64,000 bases of DNA from Epiperipatus broadwayi (Eukaryota > Animalia > Onychophora): contig JAQFVV010000001.1 of the NCBI GenBank assembly GCA_028023455.1, forward strand, positions 7,502,001 through 7,566,000, in the 5' to 3' direction. The position numbers were made by a program, and so were the translations under genes. Positions within the stretch are counted from its first letter, which is position 1, and the number at the start of each line of letters is the position of its first letter. The notes under the pieces were generated by a model. That model saw only the letters and a list, made by a program, of their open reading frames with translations, searched no databases and had not been told where the DNA came from. Positions 1 through 14,376 of the stretch are shown piece after piece.

Positions 1-369
1 ATGCTTTACGCTTGTCCAAATTATGATAATATCTCAATTATTAAAATGAGATGTTTTTAAATGGCCATTCTTAAGAAATTCACTCTAGAGCAGGTATGGA
101 CACTAATTTTCAAAAAATGCTCTCATGAGATACAGTTTATCATAAATCCGATCATACCAATAAAAGAACATTTTGCAAATATTGTACTTAGTATAAAATA
201 TATCAAAACAAAATTATTTTTAAAGAAAATCGTTATTGTTTTTCAGAATAGACACAAGTTATTTATAATTGATGTAACAAAATAAAGCTTTAATAAAATT
301 ATGCTGATATAATCATTAAAAGTGTATCATAAAGAAAGTTATAAAAAAAACATATCCTGATCCTGAACT

Positions 370-384
370 CTAGAGTGTCCATGC
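370..384 (-). CDS. Possible short terminal exon (AWTL-stop) after a 67-nt intron
   Basis: Acceptor tttttctctaaaacag 67 nt after the exon-5 donor, then GCA TGG ACA CTC TAG in frame. May be cryptic, with the true exon 6 outside the window. Confidence 0.3.
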   Translation of the reverse strand, partial: AWTL

Positions 385-451
385 CTGTTTTAGAGAAAAA
401 CTTAATTTCATTACTTTACATTCCTTATCTTTGTTAGAAGATGTACATTAC

Positions 452-640
452 CTTAGTCTTAAGAATATCATGTTTTTTGTTCATTTCTTTTAGTTGTTTT
501 TCTAAAGAAGCTATATTTGCTTGTAAAGAACTTTTTTCTCTTAATACATTTTGATATTTTCCATCTTGCTTTTTAAAATCTTCATCTTTAGAAGTTAGTT
601 GCCTTTCTAATTGATTATTAGTTTGGAGAAGGTGCCTAAT
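452..640 (-). CDS. HMMR: HMMR coding exon 5 (189 nt, phase 0-0), coiled coil
   Basis: ttttcaag|...|gtaatg. IRHLLQTNNQLERQLTSKDEDFKKQDGKYQNVLREKSSLQANIASLEKQLKEMNKKHDILKTK aligns without gaps to human IRVLLQ...LREKTSLSANNATLEKQL...LLKSK (recalled). Confidence 0.9.
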
Positions 641-1299
641 CTTGAAAAAAAAAAAGAAATAAAAAGTTTACATTTATATATTGAAATAAACAAGTACTGT
701 GGTTATTTCCAATAGCCCTTTAAAAAAATATATATATATATCAATTTCAAAAAATAATAATCCCATAAACAATGCATGATTAATTTAACATGTGAATAAA
801 GAGAGAAAAAAAGTAATGGATGTTTTATCTATAAAGAATTAAGTTTCATATTTGCTTAATTTTGAACAGAAATTTAAATAATAATTTAATTAGTTAGAAT
901 AGAATTGTATAAATGAATTTTATTACAATTTTAGCTCAAATAATAAACACAGTCATTAGGCACACACTCAGGTTACTGACAAGATCCATAGTAAAATGAT
1001 CTTCAGATATGAAGCCGTATTTGAGGATAACAAATAAATGATACCTGATTATGAGTATCTTCTGCTGCCTTGCAGGATATAATATTGGTTCACATAAACC
1101 TAAGTAGTTTCTGATACACTTTTTTTTCTATCTCCCTTTTTTTTTTATCATTGTTAGTCACTTAAATTAATGTAGGGCATAGTTATCACAAACCTCTCAT
1201 GGCATCAATCATCTCTCAATGAAATTGTTTATATAACCATCTTTTAATTATATACACAGCAATTAACTCCAATTCTTTTTTTTCAGGCCTTTGAGAATT

Positions 1300-4200
1300 A
1301 AGAAAACATTGAAAAAGACATGTTTAGCAAAGTGGCAGCCATCATCCATGTTCTTTGGTTAAGAAAGTAAATAATTAATGAATTGGATTGAAACTAGATT
1401 GGAATAGGGATTCAGCCAGGCAAAGATTGTATGTTTAGACAGCTTTATTATCAGCCTTCCTACTGCAGAAATGTAAGAGCTCTGTGATCTAAAACAGCCT
1501 GTTTCACATAGTCTGACTAGATTATGTACTTGACGGTTTATTCATTAAATCAATAGAATTAATATTAATAATAGTATAAAGGTGACTTTGATAGTGCTAA
1601 AGGTAAATATTACAAATCTATTTTTTTCTAAATATAGATACTTAGAATATACAAATTTTTAATTGATATAAATTCTTCAAGACCTGCATGTAAGACAGCA
1701 CTGGTGACTAAGGATTTGTCAACATTTAAGATCAATATAGCTACTCTTAGTGAAACTCATTTTCTAGAGAAAGCATAATGATGGATTTATTAAATTTAAT
1801 ATCTTTTATTCTTGGAATTCCTCACTGTATTAATAATATTAAAACTTGGTTAGCACAATGGTATCTATGCTCATTTTAATAGTGCACACACTCTAACATT
1901 AAATTTTGAGAAAAAAAGCATTTATTCATTGCTGGATAATATTATTATAGCAACATCATTAAAAAATCAATTTTTTTTCTTGGAAAATTTGATGCACATG
2001 ATAATTCAAATAGTAGACTTTGGTCAAAAGTTGTAAGGAACTATGATGCTGTAAATTCAAATGATGTACTGATACTGAATTTTTGCATAAGACATGGGTT
2101 GACTATAATAAAAACCTTGTTTAGACAGAAAAAGTACTATAAAAAAAGACAGGGATACATCTACATTCAAAACAATGGCATTTAATAAATTATTTTATAG
2201 TTAGGAATCAGAATACAAAAGTTCATATTATATGAGTATTTATAAGTGCAGATTGTTGAAAGAATCATAGATTAGTATGACCAAAGTTAAAATGATAATT
2301 ACATTATAAAATAATCTTATTTCAATCATATTTGCAAAAAAAAAAAAAAAAAAGATAGTTGTTCCTGAAAAGTATCTAGATTTATTTCAATAGTTATTTA
2401 ATACTAAAATTGCTAATTCACAATTTAAGGATTATCATGTTATGGACACATGGAATTCTTTTAAGAAATGTGTTATTTATACCAGTAAATCTATTCTTAG
2501 AATGATCTGACTATTACTAATTTAATTAAATGAAAACATGACATTTTCTTCTTGGCAGAATAATAAATTAAATTTAGAGTTTCATTATAAACATAGCAAG
2601 AAGACTTAAAAATGACAGGTGGATTAAAACTGCAAAGAAGACACAAACATGGGCTGATTATGGACACTTTAAATCTTTTTTTTTTTTGATGCACTGAAAG
2701 CAAGATAAGGGCCTGGAAACCATTTTCACTATACTATTAAAGCTCTCATAAGATGATAGTGATATTTTGAAACAGAATGAAAAAAGCCTTTTGAATAATG
2801 ATACAAGAATTAAATAATGACTTTTAATGATACTTCCATTTTATATAGATTTGAACAAAAATATTCCAGCTTATTAAAGTCAAACACTTTTTGTAAATCT
2901 GAAAAATGAAAAGATTGCAGATCCTGATCAGATATATGAAGAAGTTTTAAAGTAAATAGTGATATGTTAGCATTAAAAATACTGGAATTTTTAAGAAATA
3001 TATTGACTAATGAAACTGTCGCCTAATCTTACAATTTCAGTTTTTAAAAGTAAGTAAAAAGACAACATTGCAGTAATTATCACAAAATATCATTATTATT
3101 TATTATAGAAAATATATTTTCAAAGGCTTTGTTGTATAGATTGTCATAAAATGTACCAGAGATTCAATATAATTTTAGAGAATAAAGAACCTCTGTAGAT
3201 ATGGTTTTCGTTGCAGGCAAATGCAAAAAATATTGGGAACAAAAATGATTTATATATTGCTTTTATTGATTTGGTTAAGACATTTCATTCAATTAATTAA
3301 TCAAGTCTATAGCACTGTTTGAAATGAATTGATTTTACACTCAAGTTTATCCATATTATACAATACCTATATGATGGAGGGAGAGGTGAAAAATCTGAGG
3401 CATTGGAAATGAGAACTGTTGAACAAGAATGTGTACTTGTTCCAACATTGTTTTTGATTTTCTGACTGTGGTATAGAAGTGGTTTATGGAATCAGAGATC
3501 AAACTTCAATGTAGATTTGATGGTGGAATTTTAAAATTTGAATTGATTAAAAGTAAAAAAAAAAAAAAACCCTTCATCTTCTTGGATTTACAATATGCTG
3601 ATGATGGTGCTATTTTTGTTAGTTCAAAAGATAATCTTCAGAATATGCTTTATGTTTTGAATACAATATAACCAGTGATGGGGAAAAAAATCTTGCAACA
3701 ACTTTTAGTTTGGATGCTTATCTGCTTGAGAATATAAGCCAATTTAAATATCTTAAAAGCTTTTTAAATAAAAAGGTGGATATAAATGTTGAAGCACATC
3801 ACATTCCAATATGCTGCTGTTGCTTTTAATAAATTAAAAGATGCAGTGCTTCATCTTAATAAAATACTTACTGCAATTAAATGAGCTGTTTTAGAGCAGT
3901 TATTTAATTTAATTTATTGTATGAAAGTGAAACTTGACTCTATATAAATGTAACACAAAGACATTAGAAGCATTTCATTTAAAGATGTAATTTTAAAAAT
4001 ATACTGGCAAGATCATAAGACCAATCAATAATTTCTTCAACTTGCTCAATGTAATACACTAGAATCCATTTCTTGTAAAATCACATCTTTGTTGGATTGG
4101 ACATCTACAAGATTTTTTAAAAGTGTTTTATGGTGAACTTGATCATGGTTCTCATGTAAGTAATTTCTTTTTTATTATAAAAATTATCTCAAAGATATCC

Positions 4201-4470
4201 TAAAATAGTGCAACTTTGAATGTTTTCATTCGAAGTTAAAGTAGAATGAATATATTGGAGAGCTACAATTAGACAAAGTGCTGAAGAAATTCATAAAGAA
4301 AAGATTTCTTTTTGCACAAGAAATTAAAGACAGCATCATAAAATATTAAATAGAAATAATGAACAAGTATTTGTGATTCATAGATTAATTTGTATAGTTA
4401 TAGCAAAAACCTCTCCTTTACTTGGAGTTGAAATGGCCATAATCATTTGTGAGTGGCTGTTGATGATGAT
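1300..4470 (+). mobile_element. Degenerate RTE-clade (BovB-like) LINE: APE endonuclease + RT
   Basis: Remnants NVRAL (about 1470), RPACKTALVTKDLSTFKINIATLSET (about 1680), AFIDLVKTF (about 3260), LQYADD (ORF 3486-3671), and a gatgatgat tail at about 4465. Many stops and frameshifts. Confidence 0.85.
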
Positions 4471-6715
4471 AATTAACAGATAAACAATTATTTTTTGATC
4501 AAAGAAAAATCAATTAATATAATAATAATAATAAAAAAAAGAATGAATTGATATATTTTACATTATTTAAAAATAAATAAATCACACATAAAACATACTT
4601 AAAAGTTTACTACAATTACCAGTATTTTCAATTATTGAACTCAAATTATAATTCTAGAATTCTTAATTTAAGAAAAAAAAAAAATTGATAAAACAATTTC
4701 AATCAGATATTTCATCAAAGAGATTGATTGCAAATCATATTATACAATTAAATCAATCAAAATATCAATTGAGACAAAAAGCAAAAAACAAAGGGGAATC
4801 GAAAATTAAGAATTTTTAATTCGTCTTTGCATATAACTTGATTCAATTACTTTTCCATAAGTTAAATTTTAAGACTTATTTTTATAGTTTAATAAAACTG
4901 TTTACATTTAAAATTGTCATTAATAAAGTGAATCATTGTTATTTTTATTATTCATTTACAATTGTTTTAATTAAATAATTTCAATTGTTATGATTTAAGA
5001 TATCAAAATTCTTTTCTCTTCAAATAATATATGCTCTCACAATGTTTTATGTACATAAACATGAAATATAAAATGAGATATATAAGAATTAATAGCAACA
5101 ATTTTAATTTCACCATGATATCATGGTATTAATATAAACAGCAAATTGGAAAATATATACTGTATATATAAAAACAGAAATAATGAAATTTGTTATTTTT
5201 AGAAATGGACATTAAATATAACTTAAATATAATTTTCCCATGGATTTAATATCATTTTTCTGTAATTATACTTTAGCATTGAACTTATTGATATTTTAAA
5301 TATACCACTAGAAGATATAGGATGGAATTCATGATAATATTATCAGTTAGACAAAAAAATAGTAAAATCTCATACTTTCAACATTATTTTTTTTATTAAA
5401 GTATATGTTAATCGTTAACATATAAAATATATTGGTTAAGTTATTTATTTATTTATTGTTTTGTTTACTTATTTTGATTATTATTTTATTACTTTTAATA
5501 TATCCTTAATTAAAGATTTATACTTATGTACAAAATGTTGCTTAGTGAGTTAAATCATAAGACACAATTATATTAAATTTTTATTACCTATAATTACTTT
5601 AGAGTATGATTAAAAGTATTCTATAATTTTAGACTCTTAAATAAGTAATTTAACCATAATAATTATTTATTTCAAAATCATAAATACTCTTTAATTAATT
5701 AGAAGGGAATTGCACTCTGACTTTCAAGTTCCCTATAGCTGTCCACTCGATTTTATACAACTGATACACATAATCACATGTGAAAAAGATAAATGATCTC
5801 CAATATAGACATTTTGTGCTGAACCAGCATTCATTGGTTAGTCCATCATGAGTTCGAAAGTCTCAGTTCAAATCTCTTCAAATATACTTGTATTTAAATA
5901 TTACATACTCAAAAAATATTCACTTATTTCGATTCTTACTACCACCAATAATTAAACCATACCATTTTAAAATTCACCGAGATGAATTGTTAGTTTAAAA
6001 GGAAGTAGATAAATATAAGCACTTGTAAATAAATTTATATAAATAACCAAACATTTAATTGATATGTATATGTGAATGAATGAAATATTAGGTATCACAC
6101 AAGAAATAAATATTTGCAATAGCTAATTCAATATTTAATAATTATTTTGATATTATTTAACTTATTAAAATAATATGTTAATTAATTTAGGTTTAAAGTT
6201 TACAGAGTGCTAAATAATAACAGAAGTAAAAATATATAATACAAGGGCTAATAATATAGTAAATGTTTCAAGTATTGCATTATAAACATTTATAGTAATT
6301 TTATTGTTTAAAAGTATGACAAGAAAGGCAAATGTTGCATAATAATAATTCAACTACTTATTCTAAAAAAGATCAGTAGGTTATATGCAGAATTCATTAA
6401 AGTAATTTTTATAAATGATAATGCCCCTTAATTAAGACCTGGTGTGGATAACACAGACCCACATATATCAATATTATATACATGTATTTTATTTTTATAA
6501 CACAATGTAGATAAAGAACTTTAAATTCTATAATCATAAAAAAAATTATAATATCACATATAAATAATTAAAAGAATAAGTAAAAACATTTATTAGGCCA
6601 TAAATTTTTTAACCACAGACATCAGATAATATTTAAAACCAATAAAACATCATATGTAATCATCATATTTCCTATGCTTACACAAACTGTTTAAACAGTA
6701 GCAAACTCTATAGAA

Positions 6716-7002
6716 TAGTGCCATCCAGTATAAGCCTTTACTAATCAATGGATACAAGAAGTTTTGTGCATAAAATCCCTATCTAGTGTCTACTCATTCA
6801 ATTATCAACGACGAGTCTTGGATCTGAGAGTACTGCATCTAGATCTAGGTGCAGTGCTCTTAGATCCAAGGCTCTTCACTGATGAAAATCATAAGCTATA
6901 AATTAATCTGGGGATCTTAGATGAGTAGATACTAGATAGGGATTTTATGTACAAAACCTTCTAGCATTTATTGATTACTAAGGCTTGGATTTTGTGGCAC
7001 TA
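6716..7002. mobile_element. MITE/foldback element with about 80-bp TIRs and an internal palindrome
   Basis: 6716-6796 is inverted-complementary to 6921-7002. 6813-6874 is a near-perfect 62-bp palindrome centred on agatct. Confidence 0.8.
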
Positions 7003-7967
7003 CTGTGTGGAGAATATGTTATTGTTCAAATAATATTTAGTTGAGATTCACGTACACTAGTAAGGAATTGTTTAAAAGGCATTAACATTATCTGGTAATA
7101 AGCTTAACATGTATAATGTTGCATCTAAATTATGAAATATTTAATATAATTGTCTCTGACATTTTATTCTGGATATTTAAAGTACAAATTAATATATTAT
7201 TATTCATTTCCCAATATCTAGCAATATTGATATACATTTACATCTTTATTTATTTAACTTCAAAATTTAATTAAAAATTTACTATATTTTAATTTACAAT
7301 TAAAAAATTAAATGACTTTAAGTAGAATAAATATTAAGATAGGTCATATAAGGAAGATCAGGAAATAAAAATATTATTGTCTCTCATTAAAATTAATATC
7401 TAATATCTTAGCAAAACAAATTAGATAACTTAAAAGTAATATTTGTTTAATTTTTTATTTATGATTATAAATGATTTTTCTCTTGATTGATTAATCATTA
7501 TTTTAAATTATATTTTGTTTTCATTTTCTAAGATCAACTTTAAATTGGTTAAGAATTATATAGAACTCCCTAACCTCTTCAAATTAATATTATTATTGAT
7601 TGCTTCATCTTCTTAATTACTTTACTGTTGTTAATAAATATATTATTGATATAATCTCTTATAAAAAAAAAACAATATTTCATGAAGTAAACTCTTTTCC
7701 ATTAAGATGATTCATTCATCACTGTACTTGCTAATAAATGGTTCAATTAAAAATCCTTGCTTATCATTTATTTTGGATAAGTTATGACAACAAAGTGATA
7801 GTAATAGATTTAAGTAGGATAGTTAATATAATCAAAAGCTGTAGGATAGATTTTTCAATCAATGATTTATAGCTATTTTATATCATTATTCAATGACTGC
7901 GGATTATAATTCAGATTCTGATAATGTTCAAAATAAATCCCAACATGATACAGATTATTCCAGCACA

Positions 7968-8799
7968 TAAATAGTGCTAAATATTTTAATATATATATAT
8001 ATGTTTTATATATTATATAAGCAAAATAAATATATGCTATGTACTTATAGACATACACATGTTGTATATATATATATTATCCAAGCAATTTTACGTATAC
8101 ATATATAATTTTATAAAGTATTATAAAAAAAAAAACTGCAGACATAAATTTGATAAATTTGCCATTATCAGATGTTAAATGTGATGGAAAATTCCAGGTT
8201 ATTGTTATAATTTAATATTCCTAGTTATTAAATGTAACTGAATTTTCCAATTAAGTTATTATTTTGTATTTCTAGATATCAAAACGTTAGAATAAGTAGA
8301 GATGATGTTTTCTAGTGTTATATAAAAATTACTATTACTTGTTTAGCAATTATTATTATTGATGTTATTTTGTTTGCAGAATAAGGTGGTCATCTAATGG
8401 CAAACAAAGAAATTGCTCCTGACATTCCAAAGCGAACCTAGGAAACTTTTATACAGGCTGTTCTGATCTAGAATATTATTTTAAAAAGCATTTGGGTAGA
8501 TAGAGAAAACAACTAAGGTTATAAATACTTTATACTGAATGTATTTCTATCTTATAATTTCAAGGATCTGTTAGTTTTTTAATTAATAAGTGTTCAAATG
8601 ATTATTTTGTTTGTCTTTTAACAAATGTACACTTCTTGTAAATATATGTTAATAAAATTTATAACAAGTATTCAAGAAAAACTTAATCCAGTTCTATCTT
8701 TTTGTTAAATCCGATAGATAGTAAAATATTTTATTGTTGTCACGTATAGATTATATATCATATAATCACTTTCTTCAGTGTAGAAGAGACACACCAACA
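7968..8799 (+). repeat. 5' LTR of element #1
   Basis: Homologous to 13423-14175. Ends ...caaca immediately before the PBS. Confidence 0.75.
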
Positions 8800-11171
8800 T
8801 GGTGCAGTTGAGAGGATTTGATTGAATTCAGAACCCATAATTGATAACATAGCAGTTGTGAACAAGATTTGAACCCTATAACTGACAAACTAGTACAGAT
8901 AGATTCCTGTAATAGCCATAAAAAGAAAATTCTAATTTTAGCAAAGTCCTAGCAGTATTAAAATGTCACAAATTATTATTAGTGAATTTAATTCACGCAA
9001 CATGCAGAAAAATATTTTCTTATGAATAAAGTCAAGGAATATAAAATTAAAATATCAATGCTATTATATTTTGCAGGCCAAAGGGTAACTGAAATCGTTA
9101 ATGTTGTTTGTGTGGAGTGGTTAAGCAAGAAAATTTTTCTTATGAAGAGATCATTTCTAAGCTAGAAAAATATTTTAACTCTTTACCTTCAAGATATATA
9201 GCATGACTCCATTTTAGGTGAAGAAATCAAACACAAGAAGAAAACCTGCGTGAATACGACATAGCACTGAGACTTAGCAAAGAACTATGTGTATGGCTAT
9301 TTTATGGACGAGGCATTTTTTGAATAGTTCTTTATAGGGAATGTCAGATGAACAATTGAGGCAGCAATTATTATGAGAGAAAGATCTAACTTATAAAGAT
9401 GCAATTAAGAGGGATAGCTTATGAATTAGTATTAGAGCAGTCAAAAGAATTTCAAAAATTAATTTTAGCTGCTATAAATAAAACTGCTATCCAAAAAACT
9501 GAAGAGTGGGTACAAGGAATTTTAATAAAACAAAGCTACAGAGGAGATAAAATTTATGTTTCTGTTGCAAAAGAAGTGAACATATAGCTCACAATTGTAT
9601 ACGAAAAAATGAAAAGTGCATATTGCAGCTTGAAAAAACATACAGCAAATACTTGTTGAAAATCTCCAAAGTTGAATAAGTCTGCAACAAATAGTTCGAC
9701 TGCGAACTACCCAGATTAAAAATACCAAATAAATCTCATTGAGCAAATAATGCTTCCTATTCAAATTTATGGAAATATAATGTCTATGGAAATTTACAGT
9801 GGCTCTGCTGCATCATTAATTTTCAGCAAAGGCTGAAATAGTTTAATAGAAAATATTCACACATTTAAAAAAATCTTATTTCAAGCACAAGAGGTAAATG
9901 AAAATTCTCAAAAAAGTATCCCTAAATGTAAAAACGTATAGAAAATCTAAATCCTTGCCATTATATATATATAATTCAAAATAAAATAAACCCTATTATA
10001 AGTCATAAATGGTTTTCCTAACTAGGCATTAAAGCTAGTGTACTTAACAAACAGTGCTAAATAGTAAAATAACTGGACTAAAAATGATGGATATCAAAAA
10101 TTAATTAAATGGTTAAGTATGAGTTGGCCCTCAAAATGACCAAAATATTTGGCCTAATTTTTGGGAATGTTAGAACAAATCTTACCATATGCAAGGATTG
10201 CATATTAAATGTTGATGAGTTGTAATACCAATGGCTGGGAGAAAGTTTTAAATTTATTCACAATAACCATCCAGGAATTATCAGAGCTAAAGCATTAGTG
10301 AGAAGTTATATTTGCTACCTGAATATTAATAATAAAATTAAAAACTTTACTAAAAAATTTAACCATGCCAATCTATAAATAGACTGCCTGAGGAAAATTT
10401 TAAAAAATGACCTATGATAATACAAGCTTGGCAGGAAATACACATAGATCACGCCAGACCTTTAAAGATCATATTTTTCTAGTTGTCACAGATGCATAAT
10501 TTTGTTCGATAAAGCAAATAAATGTAAAAAATATGAGCTCAGAGAAACAATAAAGAAATTATGAGAAATTTTCTCATATCTTGATTTACCACAAACCATC
10601 ATATCTGACAATGGTTCTGCTTACCATTATAGCAAATTTAGTACATATTTAACTGAATGGGGAATTAAATGTATTCTTACTCCATTTTATCACCCAGAAT
10701 CAAATAGTTTGGCAGAAAATGCAAAAAGGATTTAAAAAAAAAACACTAAATAAAATTAAAACAACTAATTTTGAAGAAAGTGAATTTAATATGTTGCTAC
10801 AGCAATATTCAACCCAGATGACAATAACAGGAAAATCCCCAATTGAATTATTATTTGGAAGAATTATTAAAACTAAACTAAATATGCTTCTTCCTAGTAA
10901 AAAAAACTCTGAGAAATCTACTACAAAATAAAATACATTTGTTAGAGGCTGATGTTTCTCAACTGATTACATGTCATGGACCAATATATTTAAATTTTTT
11001 TTTTTATTACAGACCAAATGAAGGATTGGTCAAAAAAAAATTGAAGGAAGAGTGATGTTTTTATAGTAAAATATAATTATTGTAATGCTTAACAAATTTA
11101 ATATATATATTTTTGATAAAAAAAAAAAAAATCGACAAAATTATGCAAAAGTAAATTAACCAACAAAATAT

Positions 11172-12150
11172 GGTAGTTCTATTTGCCGGTGTCAGCCACT
11201 TGATGACATTGTAGCTATACAAAAACAGAGAAATATAATTATTTTTTCTTTTCCTTTTAACAAAATTAAAACAAGTAATATTTAAGAAATAAATAAATTG
11301 CAAAAAAAAAAAAAAAATAGTATTAAGAAATAAATAACCTCAATCTGTTTATTGATTGGAAACAATTGTTGCATTTCTTTTCAATAACCACATGGGGTAG
11401 ATCAATCAATCAACTTGCAAACAATAACAACAATCAATTTAACGTAGCAAATCCAAAACAAAAAAAAAACCTCTCTGATTTTTTGGTCACTCATCTCCGC
11501 TAAGATGGCCCGGAACATGTCTTCAGCCTCGTGAAGATGTCGCCACATGAATTCGCACAAGTAGTTATCCAGGGATTGCCTGGCTATTCCACCCTGCTTT
11601 TGTTGCACCATTTGAGTGAGTCCCAGAGCACCTGCAGTAGTCTACAAAAGTTTAGTGGTGGTTGACGGTCAGGTGCTGGAAACCTGCAACCTCCGAGGTT
11701 CTGTAGCCCTATCAGCAGTCAGGATAGCTGGTCGATCCGGGCTTCACATTCTCAAGTACGGCCTGCATAAGGGAGACCGCAGAGCGCAATGGAACGGCTG
11801 CGACGAAGCATTCTCTGGTCTCCTGGCAGAGTCCTAAATTAAAATAGTTCAGTAATTAAAGCATTATCAGTCTACTTAATCCCCATCTCTTTACTCAGCC
11901 TTGTGCATGTATTCAGAAGATCCACTGTACCACTGCATCGGCTTCTGTGGACAGCAGTTGCCACAATTTGAAACTGTCCTTTTTCAAGTCAGCCATTTTA
12001 TTTGTCGCTGACATATTCTCACACAAACATGACTTTTCAGTGAACTGGTCAAAATCCTGCTTGGCCGTACCCATGCCGAATTTGTTTGAAGGTTCTAAGT
12101 TGAGTAGGGAAGCGTGGCGATGGGGTTACAATTGTTAGGAGGTAATAGTA
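11172..12150 (-). pseudogene. Merlin (IS1595-like DDE) transposase relic with one TIR
   Basis: Minus strand reads LCQETRECFVAAVPLRSA...VKPGS...GFQHLTVNH and GIARQSLDNYLCEFMWR. A TIR-like end ggtagttctatttgccggtgtcagcc lies at 11172. Confidence 0.85.
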
Positions 12151-12249
12151 GATCAGATGAGTTGTAAGCTAATTACTTTGACATGCATATTTGAAGAGTT
12201 GTAGCAGGCTGATAAATAATAAATAAAATCTGAAGAAAAACAAATAATA

Positions 12250-13100
12250 ATTTTTAAATAACTGAACAAAACATAATTACAATTATAAAACCAAAAATTA
12301 ATGTAATTGTTGCGGATTCTTTTCAGAAATTAGCTTAAGTGCACAGATAGATTTATTAATAAACAATTTCTTTCTTTTGATTTTACGAGCTTCATTGCCG
12401 CAAATGTAGATTCATATAAGTATATAATGAAAATGGCAATGATACTCTTAAAACTTTTTTATGTAATTGTGGATATTCAGTTTTAATTTAAATCCAAAAT
12501 TGAGTTATTCTTGTCGATTAAATAATAACGTTAATGCACCATTGCAAGTTAAGTCTATTAATTTTTCCTGTTCTGGATTTAAAATCCACATATTGCTTTT
12601 CCATGTATCGTCTTCCTGTGGATAATATTGATCAAATGCACAACAAAATCCTGTTAAATGTCCACAAATACTATTTTTCAATTTCTGATATTATATCAAC
12701 TTCATTTATCAATTCAAAAATGAATGAACCATGTTACAGTTTTTTTCTTCTACACACTTATACCACAGTTTTAACTTTTTTTTAAATGCCTCAATTTTAT
12801 TTTATAAATCAAAAATAGTACTATATCTTGAAGGCTTAAATTTAGTTCATTTATTAATGAAAATATATTTGACAAGTAAGCCAGTTTAGCAATCCAATTG
12901 TTGTCATGGAAAATATTTCTCAATTTATCAAGTCTTATTAATATTTCTGAATGAAGTAGCATTGCATAAACAACCAACAAAAGAAAACCTTAGACTTGAT
13001 TTAAAGAAATTTATTTAATAAATGACAAATATATTATTTAAAAACATTCTACGAAAAAAGTGAATTGAAGCTATAGTTTTAAATCATTCGCCAGCCCAAA
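12250..13100 (-). pseudogene. hAT (Buster/Charlie-like) transposase relic, C-terminal half
   Basis: WIAKLAYLSNIFSLINELNLSLQ (ORF 12771-12980) and a dimerisation-domain remnant EYPQLHKKVLRVSLPF...YESTFAAMKLVKSKERN. Confidence 0.85.
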
Positions 13101-13422
13101 TTATTAAAGTATTCACAGCTGATGAAGTAAAAGCGTAAAAAAAACCACATTAATCACTGTAACTTGAAATCAGTTGATGACTTAATACAAATAAGCATAG
13201 GTGACAAAGAAGAAAACCAAACAGATGACAAAAAAAAAATGCAATTCCAAATGCCTAAATAAGACCAAAGAGAAACAAGCAAAGCAGTGGGGAAGACCAG
13301 GCTGAGAGTTCAAAAGTTATGGTTTCTGCAAGACATGCTCATAAAAGCAAAAGAAAACACAAGATTCCAGAATATTTAAAAGACTATGTAAGCATAGCTT
13401 CTATGAAGTGGGAGGGGGGGGG

Positions 13423-14175
13423 TGAGAGATTGCTATGTATTTTAATATATATTGGTGTGTTGTACATATATTGTACAAGCAAAATAAATTGTGCAATATA
13501 TATAGATTATGCAATGTATTCTTATATAATTCTGTAAAGTGATTAAAAAAAAAAATGCAGTTGTAAATTTACTATCAGATATTAAGTGTGAGGGAATTTT
13601 CTAGTTAAGTTATTATTTTGCATTTGTAGCTACCAACACACTAGAATAAGGAGAGAGGGGCATTTTCTTAATTATATAAAAATAACTATTGCTTGTTTAG
13701 CAATTATTTTTATTATTGACTTTCTTTTGTTTGCAAAGGAAAGATTCTCCCCCTGATGTTCCAAAGTGACATGTAAGCTGCCCTGGTTTAGAATATTATG
13801 TTGAAAAGTCATTGGGCAGATAGAAAAAATAACTAGGATTAAAAATAATTCATACTAAATTTATTTTTTAGCTATAAGTTAAAATTCCTCAAAATTAAAA
13901 GCAAAAATAAAAAAAAGTTTATACATCTGCTAGTCTTTTAATTACTAAATCTTCAATGTGGTTAAATGATTACAGTATTTTTTATTTTTTAATGAACTTG
14001 TTCTTCTTGTAAATATATGTTAAATAAAATTTATAACAAGTATTCAAGAAAAACTTAATTCAATTCTTTGTCTTTTTATTAAATCTGATAAACAGTTTTG
14101 CAAGTGATGTATTTGGTCATGTATAAATTATATAATCACTTCCGTTATTGGAGAAGAGAAGAGATAGGCACTCAG
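13423..14175 (+). repeat. 3' LTR of element #1
   Basis: Starts TG after the G-rich PPT. Homologous to 7968-8799. Confidence 0.75.
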
Positions 14176-14307
14176 AAAACTTTATGTATGTTTGATCATT
14201 ACAATGTATAAACAGGCTGTTAAATATATGTATAACTGAATTTACATAAACACACAAATATAAAAATATTTGCATAATATCTTCATAAATAGACAAACCA
14301 ATATTAC

Positions 14308-14376
14308 TTGTTTTTCAAGATTTTTTATCTCTATTTGTTCTTGAGGATAATTTCCTAATCTTGAATGTGTTTTAAT
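14308..14376 (-). CDS. HMMR: HMMR coding exon 4 (69 nt, phase 0-0)
   Basis: Strong acceptor (T-run + cag), donor gtaata. IKTHSRLGNYPQEQIEIKNLEKQ joins exon 5 to give NLEKQ-IRHLLQ, cf. human ILEKE-IRVLLQ. Spacing from the KSxRF motif (about 48 aa) matches human as recalled. Confidence 0.8.

Larger units (their letters stand above)
7968..14175 (+). mobile_element. Old Ty3/gypsy (Mag-like) LTR retrotransposon #1, with nested DNA transposons
   Basis: Diverged LTR pair (about 7968-8799 and 13423-about 14175), PBS tggtgcagttgagagg at 8800, gag remnant 9399-9587, integrase remnants (HPGIIRAKAL about 10280; HPESN about 10690), pol end IPEYLKDYV, PPT 13405-13422. Confidence 0.85.

Noticed and set aside
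5820-5880. tRNA/SINE-like A/B-box fragment (tggttag...gttcaaatc)
   Set aside because: No cloverleaf. At most a decayed SINE head.
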